From an uncultured Bacteroidota bacterium (GTDB lineage Bacteria; Bacteroidota; Ignavibacteria; UBA10030), in the NCBI GenBank assembly GCA_963739335.1, contig CAVUAC010000063.1:36672-100671 (forward strand): DNA of 64,000 bases, read 5' to 3'. Position numbers and translations under genes: made by a program. Position 1 is the stretch's first letter, and every line of letters begins with the position of its first letter. Below are positions 53,875-64,000 of the stretch, piece after piece. The notes under the pieces were generated by a model. It saw nothing but the letters and a program-made list of their open reading frames with translations, had not been told where the DNA came from and did no database searches.

Positions 53875-54073
53875 GAGTCTCCGATCCGTTGCTCAAACTG
53901 ACTACTCGTTACTGGTCGCCCAACCATTGATTAGAATGATCCGCCCATTATGTAGAACACTGGATCGCGATCCGTGTCGCACGCCGCTGACACTCTGGAT
54001 GCAATTGCAGCAATCCCTCCGTGTTGAGCCACTTGTGTCTCTTGGCTTTCTGTGGCATGGCGTCTTATGTGGG

Positions 54074-54210
54074 TAGACATTACGGATAGCCGCTAAGATC
54101 CAGCAACCATAATTTTCAAAATGTAATACACGAAACAAGTTCAATCACTGCGCTTTCAAATCTGTACCGCACCAATGCTCATTCTGTCAGCTTGGGCCGC
54201 TGGTTAGCCT
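54074..54210 (-). repeat. attC-like site at the upstream end of array 2 (low-coordinate core degenerate)
   Basis: Plus strand: GACATTAC-ggata-GCCGCTAAGATCC ... GTCAGCTTGGGC-cgct-GGTTAGCC. Confidence 0.55.
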
Positions 54211-54329
54211 TAGCCACCGCCGCCTTCAGCAGGATTCTTTCAGAAAGCATCTCAAAATCATCACTTGCTGACCGCTTCAATCCCAAGAAGTTACATTGAG
54301 CTGCTAAGGAGGCGCAATTGCACTTGACA

Positions 54330-56914
54330 CTATTTGAGCAACACAATTCGTTTCGTTTCCGTAAACGACGATGTCTGCAACCGGCAGAAATACACACCAC
54401 TCGGCAAATGCGCTGCATCGAATGTTGCGATGTAGCTTCCTGGTGATTTCACCTCATTGACAAGCGTTGCGACCTCTCTTCCCAGCAAATCATACACATT
54501 CAAACTGACATTTCCGAGGCTTGCTATCTGATAACTGATAATCGTAGAGGGGTTGAAGGGGTTGGGAAAGTTTTGACTCAAAGAGAATGTAGATGGTGCA
54601 ATAAGAGATGACTGCTGAACTGAGGTAGTTGGTTTCTTTCTGAGCCAACCCTGACACGAGTAACCGGTTCCCAATTGGGTGCCATCAACCTTAAAAGTTC
54701 CACCAGACCCAGTTAGCGGAAATGTGTAATTTGCATCATCTGAATTTTCCCGAACATTCTGTTGAATTACTGTTATAGACGTGCTTCCAACATTTCGAAC
54801 AATTGCTACATGCCCAGCAGAACCACCAGAAAAACAAAGGATATCTCCTACTTGTGGGGCGGTTACACCTCCATCAGGGTAACTGACAAGTTCGGGTGAA
54901 GATGGATTGCCATAATATTGATATGCATCTCGTCCCGCAATTCTGATATTTAATCCATAAATGATATAGTAATATCTATTAACATATTCTACGCATTGCC
55001 ATTTCATCCCTGTATTAACGCCTGCTGTTGAATTATAGTCATTACTAACGCACTCAACGCTGTCGTTCGAGTATGCCTCAACTCCATTGAATGATCCTAT
55101 CAACGTACCAAATACTGCTCTGCCGGTTTGCTGGGCTAGAGATCTTCGCCACACGCCGTTGCCAACAGTTCCAGCAAAGAGATTGCTACCCGAGGCGGCA
55201 AGAGACGCCACGTCAATATTCGTTAAGCCAGTATTGAATGATGTCCAACTTTTGCCGCTGTTGGTACTAACGAACACGCCGCCGTCATTAGTCCCCGCAT
55301 AAAGATTGGGGCCAGAAACTGCAAGGGAATAGACATAAGTGCCTGACAAGCCGTTATTGACTGATGCCCAACTTGTGCCGTTGTTGGTCGAAAGAAACAC
55401 GCCGCCACTAGTTCCAGCAAAGATAGTCGTTCCGGAGATTGCAAGAGCCCAAACGAGAGTGTTCGTCAAGCCGCTATTGACTGATGTCCAACTTGTGCCG
55501 TTGTTGGTCGAAAGAAACACGCCGCCATATGTCCCTGCAAGGAGATTCGTGCCAGAGAGAGCAAGAACATTAACATGAGTATCCGACAAACCACTATTTA
55601 CTTGACTCCAGTTTGTACCGTTGGTCGAAAGAAAGACGCCGCCATCAGTCCCGGCAAAGATATTCGTACCGGAGACGAGAAGAGAATTGACAAATGTGTT
55701 CGTCAAGCCGCTATTGACCGGGGTCCAACTTGTGCCGTTGTTGGTCGAAAGAAACACGCCACGATAATAAGTCCCGGCAAAGAGACTCGTGCCGGAGACG
55801 GCAAGAGCAAAGACGCGAGTGTTTGCCAAGTTGGTACTGGCCGAAGTCCAATTTGTGCCGTTGTCGGTGGAGAGAAACACACCGTCGCCAAAAGTCCCGG
55901 CAAAAAAATCCTTGCCTGAGACAGCAAGAGACGGGACATCTGTGTTCGCCAGGCTGGTATTGACTGCGGTCCAACTGGAGCCGTTGTTGGTAGAAAGAAA
56001 GACGCCGCCGCCACCCGTCCCATGATTGCCGCTCCCAGCAAAGAGATATGTGCCTGAGACTGCAAGAGTCCACACTGTAGTGTTCACCAAGCCGGTGTTT
56101 GCGGCAGTCCAACTTGTGCCGTTGTTGGTGGAAAGAAAAACTCCACCCGTTGTTCCGGCAAAGAGATTGGTGCCGATAATCGCAAGAGACAAGACCCCGT
56201 GGTACGTCAAGCCGGTATTGATAGCACTCCAGCTTGTGCCGTTGTTGGTGGAAAGAAAGACACCGGCGCCATATGTCCCAGCAAGGAGATTTGTGCCAGA
56301 GACGGCAAAAACATCAACATGAGTATTTGTGAAACCAGAACTTACCTGACTCCAATTTGTGCCGTTGTTGGTGGAAAGAAAGACGCCGCCGTCGACAGTC
56401 CCGGCAAAAATATTCGAGCCGGAGATGATAAGAGCATGGACATCAGGTAACTCGTCAAGCCGGTATTGACTGCTGTCCAAGTTGTCCCATTGTCAGTGGA
56501 AATAAAGATGCCACCGCCATTAGTCCCAGCAAATAGATTCGAGCCTGAGACAGCAAGGGCACTGGCGACATAAGTATTCGTCAAGCTACTCTGAGTCCAA
56601 TTTGTGCCGTTGTTGGTGGAAAGAAAGAGGCCGCCGGCATCAGTCCCGGCAAAGAGAGTGCTGCCTGAGACGGCAAGAGTATAGACGTGTCTACCCGTCA
56701 AGCCAGCATTGACTGATGTCCAGCTTGTGCCGTCGTTGGTGGAAAGAAAGACACCGCCGTCAAATGTCCCAGCAAAAAGTTTTGACCCTGAGACGGCAAG
56801 GGCACGAACCTCGCCGCCGTAGGGACCGTTGGTTTGGGCCCATTGACCGATTAACGGTCTTTCGAAATAAGCAACGGAAGTAATCAACAACAAAAACCGA
56901 AACACGTTTTTCAT
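54330..56914 (-). pseudogene. Secreted BNR/Asp-box repeat protein with CHAP amidase domain and T9SS C-terminal domain, split by one frameshift
   Basis: There are more than 15 repeats of GGVFLSTNNGTSWT..NTGL. The CHAP region is WQCVEYVNRYYY...GDILCFSGGSAGHVAIV. The tail is ..LPSGVYFCRLQTSSFTETKRIVLLK. ORFs 56342..56941 and 54330..56480 overlap, with the frame switch near 56450-56470. Confidence 0.75.
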
Positions 56915-57559
56915 ATACCTATTCTTTCGAGAAACGAACAATTTCGCCTAACTATGGATTATCTGGTTTCCGTGTAAGACCACGGAATCTTGCATAACAA
57001 TATAACATGCCACGGCTAGGGTTTCCAAAGGTGTTATGTGCAAACAAGCTGTCGGCGATCAGCGCACTCGCAAGAGTGTTATACGGTTTTGGCATAAAAC
57101 GCACCGCCCCACGTTCCGCGGGCAAATGAAGTTTGACAGAGATGATCACAGTGCTGGGTCGATTGTAATAGAGTATCAGGCCAAAGTCAACGTCCGGAAA
57201 CTACCGACAAGGGTGTACGTAGAAGTACCGACACCAAATCAGGGAGGATTCCCTACAGAGAGGAATAGTCTGGTATGACTGAAGGATTTCGGCCTAGAAA
57301 GAAGAATCCTCACCGATATGCGTCGATGCTGATTCTTCAGCACACTTCGTTTTCGCCTAGAGCATGTTTTGAACCGCAACCGAAGCTCATACCACTGATA
57401 TCTAACGTGAGGTTGTAAGCCTTTCAAGCAAGACTGCACGGAGCGATTGTCCTACCAATATCCGGACAAAAGAGGCTTGAGAAACGGCGATGTTTTTACG
57501 ATATCGTGGTTAGTCAAGCTCTAGAGTGAGCACTATGCACGCATTTACATGGTGCTCGA

Positions 57560-57815
57560 GGATCCCTTTAGGGCTACGGAATAATTGATAATTGTCAATT
57601 CACAATTGTCAATTGACAATTAGGGTTGGGCCTTCAACTCAACTTCCAGAGCGCCGGACGAGCGGCTGTCGGTTGGAGCATCCCGCCGTCTTGTGGCGGG
57701 AACCGAATTGACAATTTGTCCGCGCTTTCTTGTTGCATCTCTTCTTGGTCAAAACAAAAGAGGCAATTCCAAGTTTCCGGGATTGCCTCTTTGCTTTTCT
57801 ATGACGTGTTTCTGC
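57560..57815 (+). repeat. Mosaic intergenic repeat, copy 1 (ends in a terminator-like hairpin)
   Basis: ggatccctttagggctac...ataattgataattgtcaattcacaattgtcaattgacaatt...gggccttcaactcaacttccagagcgccggacgagcg...AGAGGCAATtccaagtttccgggATTGCCTCTttgcttttct. Confidence 0.75.
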
Positions 57816-57924
57816 TTCACGCGATGCACTGCGCACTACCCCGCAGAGTCAGCTCTCCTCCAGAGAAATGCTTTCCTGTGCATCGCAGTCGGATCATGTC
57901 ATGATTCGCACGGCCACTTCGTTT

Positions 57925-58320
57925 TCACCGAGCCAAAGTAACGGTCAAGCCATTCGAGGCTCTGTTTGGCAACCAAGTTAGAGGAACCGCATGAGATGCC
58001 TCGTAGATGTACTGTTTCTTGTGGTCCCGTGGGGTTCCAAGAAGTTCATACATTGGTTTTTGCGAGGTCTGGACCGGGAAGAACTGATTATGTTTCCCGC
58101 CGATCATTAAGACGGAAGCCCTCATGTGAGTGACAAAGTTTTTGGGTCAACTTCTGGCGGTGATTTATGAAGGTCCCGCCCACGGTAAGCGATTTTGCTT
58201 GAGCCGAGATCTCTAGGAGTTTCAATATAATCCATTGCCCTCCAGAAATCTTTGACCCATTGAATCACATGCTTCTTGCACGAATTTGGTTCGTTTGGAG
58301 CATCAGAGTTCGGGGTCTCT
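57925..58320 (-). pseudogene. Degraded alpha/beta-hydrolase remnant
   Basis: Track ORF 57925..58125 reads ..LMIGGKHNQFFPVQTSQKPMYELLG...YIYEASHAVP, a C-terminal Asp/His region. Upstream frames read ..KIAYRGRDL.. with frame breaks. Confidence 0.4.
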
Positions 58321-58322
58321 GA

Positions 58323-60152
58323 CTACCAAAGACTGTAAGGCAGGGCGTTCCGATCAAAGTACATCTGATACGGATAATCCTCTCCGACCGCGTAGAACGC
58401 CCTGAACTTTGAACCGATGCGGCCTCCCCCAGGTGGCTGTATGCGGAACACGGTCGATGGTGTATCGGGCATGAGCCACGTGGCGAGTTCGCCGTCCTCT
58501 TTTGGCAGGCGGAATCCCGATTCGTGATGATCCGAGTCAAGCACGAGCACAGCCGGTCCGCGCAACACGGCAACTCGGTCAGGATGCTGCTTATCCACCG
58601 CTTCCATCCGTAGCCGCAGTGGAATCCGAACCTCCACCTTATCGCCAGGACTCCAAGTACGCTCAGTCGTCGCCCAGGTCCCAGGCACACATCTCACATC
58701 CACTGCTGCACCATTCACCTTTGCCGAAACGTCTCGTGACCACCCTGGCACCCTGAAATGCAAGCGGAAGCTCATCCCCCGCGCCATCTCAAGCCGTAAG
58801 GTGATCTTCTCCTCCTCCGGATATTGGGTTTCCTGGATCAGCTTGACCTCTCCGCTCGGACCTCTCCACGTGACCTCGGAGGGGATGTATAGATTAACAT
58901 AGACGCCTGCTTCGTCCCGAAAATAGATGATATTATAATAGTCTGATGTGTCCTGAATATATGTGCCGGAGCAACAGGTGTAGAACTCCCAGAGGTACAC
59001 CTTCATCCCTCCGGCGACCCGGTAGTCTGAGTAATAGAAGTTCTTTCCGCCGGTCGTGATAGGAAGGGCTGCCCCAATCCCGTTGTAGAGGAGTCGCTCA
59101 ATCCAGTCGCCATAGCGCGCCTCCCCGGTGAATTGCATCAGGTACCTCGACAGCTTGAATCCCGCCCACGAACCGCAGCCGGTCTCAAATGTATTGTACC
59201 GGCTCTCAAGAGCTCGACCGAGACTTCCATTCGGCGCCATGAGCGTTTCAGCCGGACCGAAACCTCCGGTTGCATAGCACTGGAAGTCCTGCAGGTAGTC
59301 GTAGGCGTTCTTTATGATCTTGAGGTATGCCTGATCGCCCGTGACGGCGTACGCCATCGCAGCGCTGCTGAAGGAATTGACGTGGCTATATGCATGGACG
59401 CCGTGCGCATCGGCCGGAGCAGCAGTGTCAGCGAACTTGTTCCAGTAGGAATGGTACAACCAGACCTCAGAGAAGGTCTTGAATTTCGGATTTCCCGTTA
59501 GTTGGTAGGCACGGTAGAGGTTCTCGGAGAGCGTGTACCACTCACTCGGCCGCCCCTGGTACACGCCGTCCGGCTTGGCTCTCGCCGGAATGTTCTCACG
59601 GCTGAATGTCCCGTTGGCCCAATTCGTGATCTTCTCCAGCATCGGGACGGCCTCCGGGTCGTCAGCGTACAGCTGCATATCCACCAAGCCGCACACCATC
59701 TTGTCGTACGTGTAGTGCCGCATGCCGCAGTCGCCGTCACGCTTCACCGTCTTCGCCCACTCGGTCACAAGGCGCACCGCCTTGTCGCGGATGGCACCGT
59801 CGCCCGTCGCGCGGTACATCCTCGACATTCCACTGATCCATTGACCGAAGACCATCGAGCTGTCCTTCTCACACCATCCCCCGAGAGTTTTCCCCGGGGC
59901 AGGGAGACCTGCGGTCGCGCGAAAACCCTTCAGGATGTCGTCATCCGGCACCGAGTAGTAATACTCCCGCGCGTGCTGATACTGATGAAGAAATCGACTC
60001 TCCAGCAGCCGCACACTGCTGTAATCGAAGGGCTGGAGCTTGATCTTGACAGCCGAGTCCTCGGATCTGAGGGGATAGGTGCCGGCCTTCGCAGTCTGAG
60101 CAACCATCAATGCCGCAGCAGGCGCGGCCTTCAAAAAGTCTCTGCGATCCAT
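58323..60152 (-). CDS. Glycoside hydrolase family 127 (DUF1680, beta-L-arabinofuranosidase-like) with Tat signal
   Basis: MDRRDFLKAAPAAALMVAQTAKA is the Tat signal. FETGCGSWAG and FYTCCSGTY match the Glu/Cys3 zinc-site pattern of GH127. Confidence 0.75.
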   Translation of the reverse strand: MDRRDFLKAAPAAALMVAQTAKAGTYPLRSEDSAVKIKLQPFDYSSVRLLESRFLHQYQHAREYYYSVPDDDILKGFRATAGLPAPGKTLGGWCEKDSSMVFGQWISGMSRMYRATGDGAIRDKAVRLVTEWAKTVKRDGDCGMRHYTYDKMVCGLVDMQLYADDPEAVPMLEKITNWANGTFSRENIPARAKPDGVYQGRPSEWYTLSENLYRAYQLTGNPKFKTFSEVWLYHSYWNKFADTAAPADAHGVHAYSHVNSFSSAAMAYAVTGDQAYLKIIKNAYDYLQDFQCYATGGFGPAETLMAPNGSLGRALESRYNTFETGCGSWAGFKLSRYLMQFTGEARYGDWIERLLYNGIGAALPITTGGKNFYYSDYRVAGGMKVYLWEFYTCCSGTYIQDTSDYYNIIYFRDEAGVYVNLYIPSEVTWRGPSGEVKLIQETQYPEEEKITLRLEMARGMSFRLHFRVPGWSRDVSAKVNGAAVDVRCVPGTWATTERTWSPGDKVEVRIPLRLRMEAVDKQHPDRVAVLRGPAVLVLDSDHHESGFRLPKEDGELATWLMPDTPSTVFRIQPPGGGRIGSKFRAFYAVGEDYPYQMYFDRNALPYSLW

Positions 60153-60798
60153 GATGTGCACTCCTAAGCTTGTGTCATTGCGAGTCTTCCTCGACATGGA
60201 ATATGAATGATAGAGTCTAGCTTGTGGTGGTCAAATGCAGGATGGCTACGAATTTGTCATTCGGGCAGCCTGTAATGAGAGACAAGCGTTCCAATCATAT
60301 GTATCGCCTCGCTAGAGGCGTTGGGCTTCCGCCTTCACCAACTTACTCAAGAATGCGGAATTGTGAGATTGTCTGCCCGATCACAAGGACCTCCTATGGT
60401 GGGAATCGGGACTTACGGTGCGGCGGGTTGATACACCACTACAAAGCTACTGCAGTTCAGGCTAAAAGGCAACAGCACGAAAATGAGGCAGGTTTCGGTC
60501 TTTCCTGGTGATTCTAACACGTGGATCGTCACAAAAGAGTCAACCCGCCTCGAGGTTGGCATCTTGGGTATGGTTCTTCGACTCGATGAAGAATGCGGGG
60601 CATGATAGGTCAGCTTGGCCTCAAGACGCCAGACCCTCGCCAACCAACTGATCCATAGCGCGAAGTCGTGAGGCTGACTAAAGCAACGTGGCAGGCCAAC
60701 TTCTACAGAATCCAAAAACGCTTGAAAACGAGGGTTTTCTCTGTGTTGCTACGATAGCTGCAGCTCGGTAACCACCAGCAAGCTTACTGGGTACAGAA

Positions 60799-61208
60799 GG
60801 ATCCCTTTAGGGCTACTTCCAAAACGACAGAAGTTAGCGAGCCCTCCAGGGCGAAGCTAACTTCTTTGTCGTTTTGAGAATCCCGTTGAGCGAAGCGAAA
60901 CGGGAGAGATAATTGATAATTGTCAATGCACAATTGTCAATTGACAATTATGGTTGGGCCTTCAACTCAACTTGCAGAGCGCCGGACGAGCGCTGTTCAC
61001 GAGTGGCTGTGGTTTTGAGAACCCCTTCGAACGCAGCGAGACGGCAGAAATAGTTATCAATTCACAATTGTCCCCGCTAAAATGCAGCGGGGCGCACAAA
61101 ACGCGCAATTTACAATTTGTCCGCGCTTTCTCGCTGCATCTCTTCTTCATAAATAATGAAAGAGGCAATTCCAAGTTTCTGGGATTGCCTCTTCGCTTTT
61201 CTATGTCT
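60799..61208 (+). repeat. Mosaic intergenic repeat, copy 2 (with extra palindromic insert modules)
   Basis: It has the same ends and core as 57560-57815. It has added hairpin modules, for example CAAAACGACAGAAGTTAGC...GCTAACTTCTTTGTCGTTTTG and CCCGTTgagcgaagcgaAACGGG. Confidence 0.75.
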
Positions 61209-61543
61209 ATGCAGCCCGATCAAAACTGCAGTCGAACTCATCGAGAAACTCTTTGCGACGGCCTCTTCTTGTACGACGAGTCGCGATTCGCTTTGAAGGG
61301 TGACCCTATACGGAAAGAAAGCTCGTTCAACTGAGATTTGTTCATCGATTTCTTAAGCAGCCGCTAGCTAACGTTCTAGCTCACCGGGGCCAGCCGTTTT
61401 TTGGCGGCCATCCGGCGCAGCCAGTTGTTAGCATCATCGAGTATTCTATTGGCAAGCACTGTCCGCATGGCTTCCAGCAAAGAAGATCAAGGCAGTTGCC
61501 ATAAAGTTGTGCCGATACCCCATACCTATTCAGGGCGTACATC

Positions 61544-64000
61544 TCACTTATTGGGAGTGCGCAGTCGATACGCCCGCGGCGGTGCTGCTTTCACGTAGCG
61601 GTCGAACCACGACAGCATTTCGTAGAGAACGTGTTCTGTTGACTCCCGCGCCAAGTAACCATGGCTCTCGTAGGGCAGCATGACAAGCCGCACGGTGCCA
61701 CCAATTCCGCGAATGGCCTCGAAGAGCTTTTCCGACTGCAGCGGGACAGTCCCAGGATTCTGATCCAGTTCGCCGTGGATCAGGAGTAACGGTTCGTTGA
61801 TCTTATTAGCCTGCAAGACTGGCGAGAGCTTGATGTATACATCGCGGGCCTGCCAAAGCGTGCGCTTCTCATTTTGAAATCCGAAGGGGCGCATCGTGTG
61901 GTTATAGGCGCCGCTCCGCGCGATGCCTGCACGGAACAGGTCGGAATACGCGAGCAGGTTGGCCGTCATCAGCGCGCCGTGGCTGTGGCCCGCAACGCCA
62001 ACGCGTTCCGGATCGGTCACACCCAGATCAACAGCCTTGTCAATAGCCGCTTTGGCGTTTGAGACGATCTGCTCGATGAAAGTGTCGTAGACAGTCTCCG
62101 GGGGACCGACAACAGGCATTGCTACGTCGTCCAGCACGGCATATCCTTGAAGCAGAAAGAAGAGTTCAGAGGTGCCTGTAATGGTCGTGAACCGTTTGGA
62201 AGATCCTTCGATCTGACCTGCGACCCCCTTTTCCGCGTAGTCAAGCGGGTAGGCCCAGAAGACAGTGGGCAGGCGAGTGCCTGGTTTGTAGCCTGGGGGC
62301 AGATAGAGCGTGAACGACAGGGGGATACCATCGTCGCGGGTATAGGTAACGAGGCGCTTCGTGATACCACGCAGTTGAGGCGCCGGATCGGGAAATTGTG
62401 TGATGGCACGCGAGGTTGACATCCAGGAGGCTTCTCCCTCAGGTGCTCTTGTCATGGGTGTCTGCGCCAAGGTCCGAATGAAAAAATTGGGAGGATCGAT
62501 AGGTGACTCCCGCCGCGTGATGAAGGCTCCTTCTGCTGGATTCACCCAGGCAACAAAGTACTCGTAGTTTGATCGATCCGAGCGGAAGAGCCGTTCTGTT
62601 TTGAGCGTGGTCAGGTTCAGTCGATCAATGAATGGGCGATCACCTTCGGGGGAAGACCCGACGCCATCGAGGTAGATCCAGTCACTCTGCCGCATGACCA
62701 CCCAGGATCCTGCCGGCAAGACACGGTAAACGGGATATCCGGGATGCTTGTACTTCTCGTCTAAGCTCATGTCCCACAACAGCCTGGAGGGTTTTGCAGG
62801 GACATCGGCGTTGACGATAAAAGTGCGTGTCCAACGACGATCAAGGTCAAATTCGGAGACAAGAACCAACCCGCCCGTCTCGATCCATTGCAGGCCATCG
62901 AGTCGTTGCTCAGTCTTGCAGAGTTCAGTGGTTGTTGCCCCGACCGGCTTGAGGACCAAGCGATCGCGGTGGGGTACCTTTGTTTTGGGATTACCCCCGT
63001 CGAGCGCCTCAGCCCAGACGAGTGTGGCTGGCTCGGTGGGGCGCCAGGCATGGTCGCGAGGACCAGTGGGTACACCATCCACCGGGACTTGCTCGGCAAG
63101 GGGTATACTCGCCAGAGTTTCAACCAGCTCACCGCTCGTTGTCCACACCTCGACCTCTTTGGGGAACCGGTAATATGTGCGTAGATAGGAGTATGGACGG
63201 TGAATACGTTCGACCAGCAAATAATGCCCCCCAGGCGCGGGAACAACCTGGCCGAAAATGGCAGCCTTGCCGATGCGGCTCACCTCACCAGACGCTACAT
63301 CCACCAACGCCAGCTGAGAAGTGGTATAGTAATCGAACAGATCCGCGTCATAGGGACTCTTTAGAACATCCCGAACCTCATAAGTGCTGCTGGCCGCAGA
63401 CGCGCCTGAGCTCTCCTGGATTTTCGGACCCGGGGGGGAGATGGGTTGTTCCGGTGGAGCACCCCGTTCGGTGGGTACGAGCTTCAAAAGCAGCGTCTTC
63501 TGGTCTGGCATCCACTGTACCGAATAGTACAGAAGGGGATTGATCCTCAGCCCTGACAACAACCGCGCCTTCCCAGTGGCAGCGTTCGCCACCCACAGCT
63601 CGACCCGGTCCGTGGCTTCGTTCGTGAATGCAAACATAGTTCCGTCGGCGTTCCATTGTGGAGAGCCAATACGAACGTGGGCAGGCAGGGCGATCGGAGT
63701 TTCGGTGCCGTCAGTGAGGTTCTTCAAAGTCAGCCCAAGAAAGTAGTGGATGTAACTACGTTCTGCATTGGTGAGCGGGTTGATCCGTATGCCAGCCAGA
63801 CGAAGCATCGGTTCAGCCAAATCAGAAATGGGCGGATAACGTACCGGCTGCGCAAACACTATTTTGTCGTGCGTCGGGCTTAGGAAGGGCGTGGGCGGCA
63901 GCGGCGCATTCAAAACGTCCAAGATTGCCTGTGGCGGTTTTTCGTACTTTTGTTGGGCAATGGCACGGGAATTTCCGGACAAACCGACCAGGTGTGCTGC
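61544..64000 (-). CDS. Prolyl oligopeptidase (S9) family serine peptidase with N-terminal beta-propeller; 5' end probably beyond the window
   Basis: It has GVAGHSHGALM (GxSxG), LLIHGELDQN and YESHGY. The listed start at 63982 is a TTG, and the frame stays open to the window edge. Confidence 0.8.
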   Translation of the reverse strand, partial: AAHLVGLSGNSRAIAQQKYEKPPQAILDVLNAPLPPTPFLSPTHDKIVFAQPVRYPPISDLAEPMLRLAGIRINPLTNAERSYIHYFLGLTLKNLTDGTETPIALPAHVRIGSPQWNADGTMFAFTNEATDRVELWVANAATGKARLLSGLRINPLLYYSVQWMPDQKTLLLKLVPTERGAPPEQPISPPGPKIQESSGASAASSTYEVRDVLKSPYDADLFDYYTTSQLALVDVASGEVSRIGKAAIFGQVVPAPGGHYLLVERIHRPYSYLRTYYRFPKEVEVWTTSGELVETLASIPLAEQVPVDGVPTGPRDHAWRPTEPATLVWAEALDGGNPKTKVPHRDRLVLKPVGATTTELCKTEQRLDGLQWIETGGLVLVSEFDLDRRWTRTFIVNADVPAKPSRLLWDMSLDEKYKHPGYPVYRVLPAGSWVVMRQSDWIYLDGVGSSPEGDRPFIDRLNLTTLKTERLFRSDRSNYEYFVAWVNPAEGAFITRRESPIDPPNFFIRTLAQTPMTRAPEGEASWMSTSRAITQFPDPAPQLRGITKRLVTYTRDDGIPLSFTLYLPPGYKPGTRLPTVFWAYPLDYAEKGVAGQIEGSSKRFTTITGTSELFFLLQGYAVLDDVAMPVVGPPETVYDTFIEQIVSNAKAAIDKAVDLGVTDPERVGVAGHSHGALMTANLLAYSDLFRAGIARSGAYNHTMRPFGFQNEKRTLWQARDVYIKLSPVLQANKINEPLLLIHGELDQNPGTVPLQSEKLFEAIRGIGGTVRLVMLPYESHGYLARESTEHVLYEMLSWFDRYVKAAPPRAYRLRTPNK

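Noticed and set aside
59502-60167. Track ORF 59502..60167(+) (221 aa) and several ORFs of 100 or more aa inside 54.3-56.9 kb and 62.7-63.6 kb
   Set aside because: All are antisense to strongly supported genes (GH127, the BNR repeat protein, the S9 peptidase). Their Arg/Pro/Val-rich composition is typical of shadow frames.

Overview
This is a roughly 50% GC bacterial chromosome segment. The organism is probably FCB-group, because two secreted proteins end in T9SS/Por C-terminal sorting domains; Shine-Dalgarno sites are used. The left edge is housekeeping: gatA (partial), tatA, purQ, purS, pssA, psd, tRNA-Gln and tRNA-Glu. Directly right of the tRNAs, a large serine recombinase opens a ~15-kb minus-strand accessory block. 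That block holds an AAA+/RadA-like/YdjM-fusion operon, a minimal Pol X, a DUF4373 Rep-like protein and secreted/T9SS proteins. It is punctuated by a family of ~200-nt structured intergenic elements whose helices show compensatory changes between copies. A catalytically degenerate tyrosine recombinase (18.8-19.7 kb) lies divergent to a plus-strand array of about nine promoterless cassettes separated by attC-type sites (20.4-31.2 kb), with one IS5-family insertion. A second, minus-strand cassette array with textbook GCCTAAC/GTTAGGC attC sites lies at 47.4-54.2 kb and has no integrase. Cassettes in both arrays are rich in HEPN-like, PIN, NERD, SIR2 and RNase H proteins. Between the arrays lie LuxR and EBP regulators, a tightly packed TPR-HExxH-DUF2075-Dam-HerA-NurA operon, and a phage-like recombination module next to a ~190-bp multi-block palindrome. 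The right edge carries a BNR/CHAP T9SS protein, a GH127 enzyme flanked by mosaic repeats, and an S9 peptidase. At least five genes are split by single frameshifts or an in-frame stop. No CRISPR array, rRNA, reverse transcriptase or cas gene was seen. Repeat and motif coordinates were derived by hand and may be off by a few nt.
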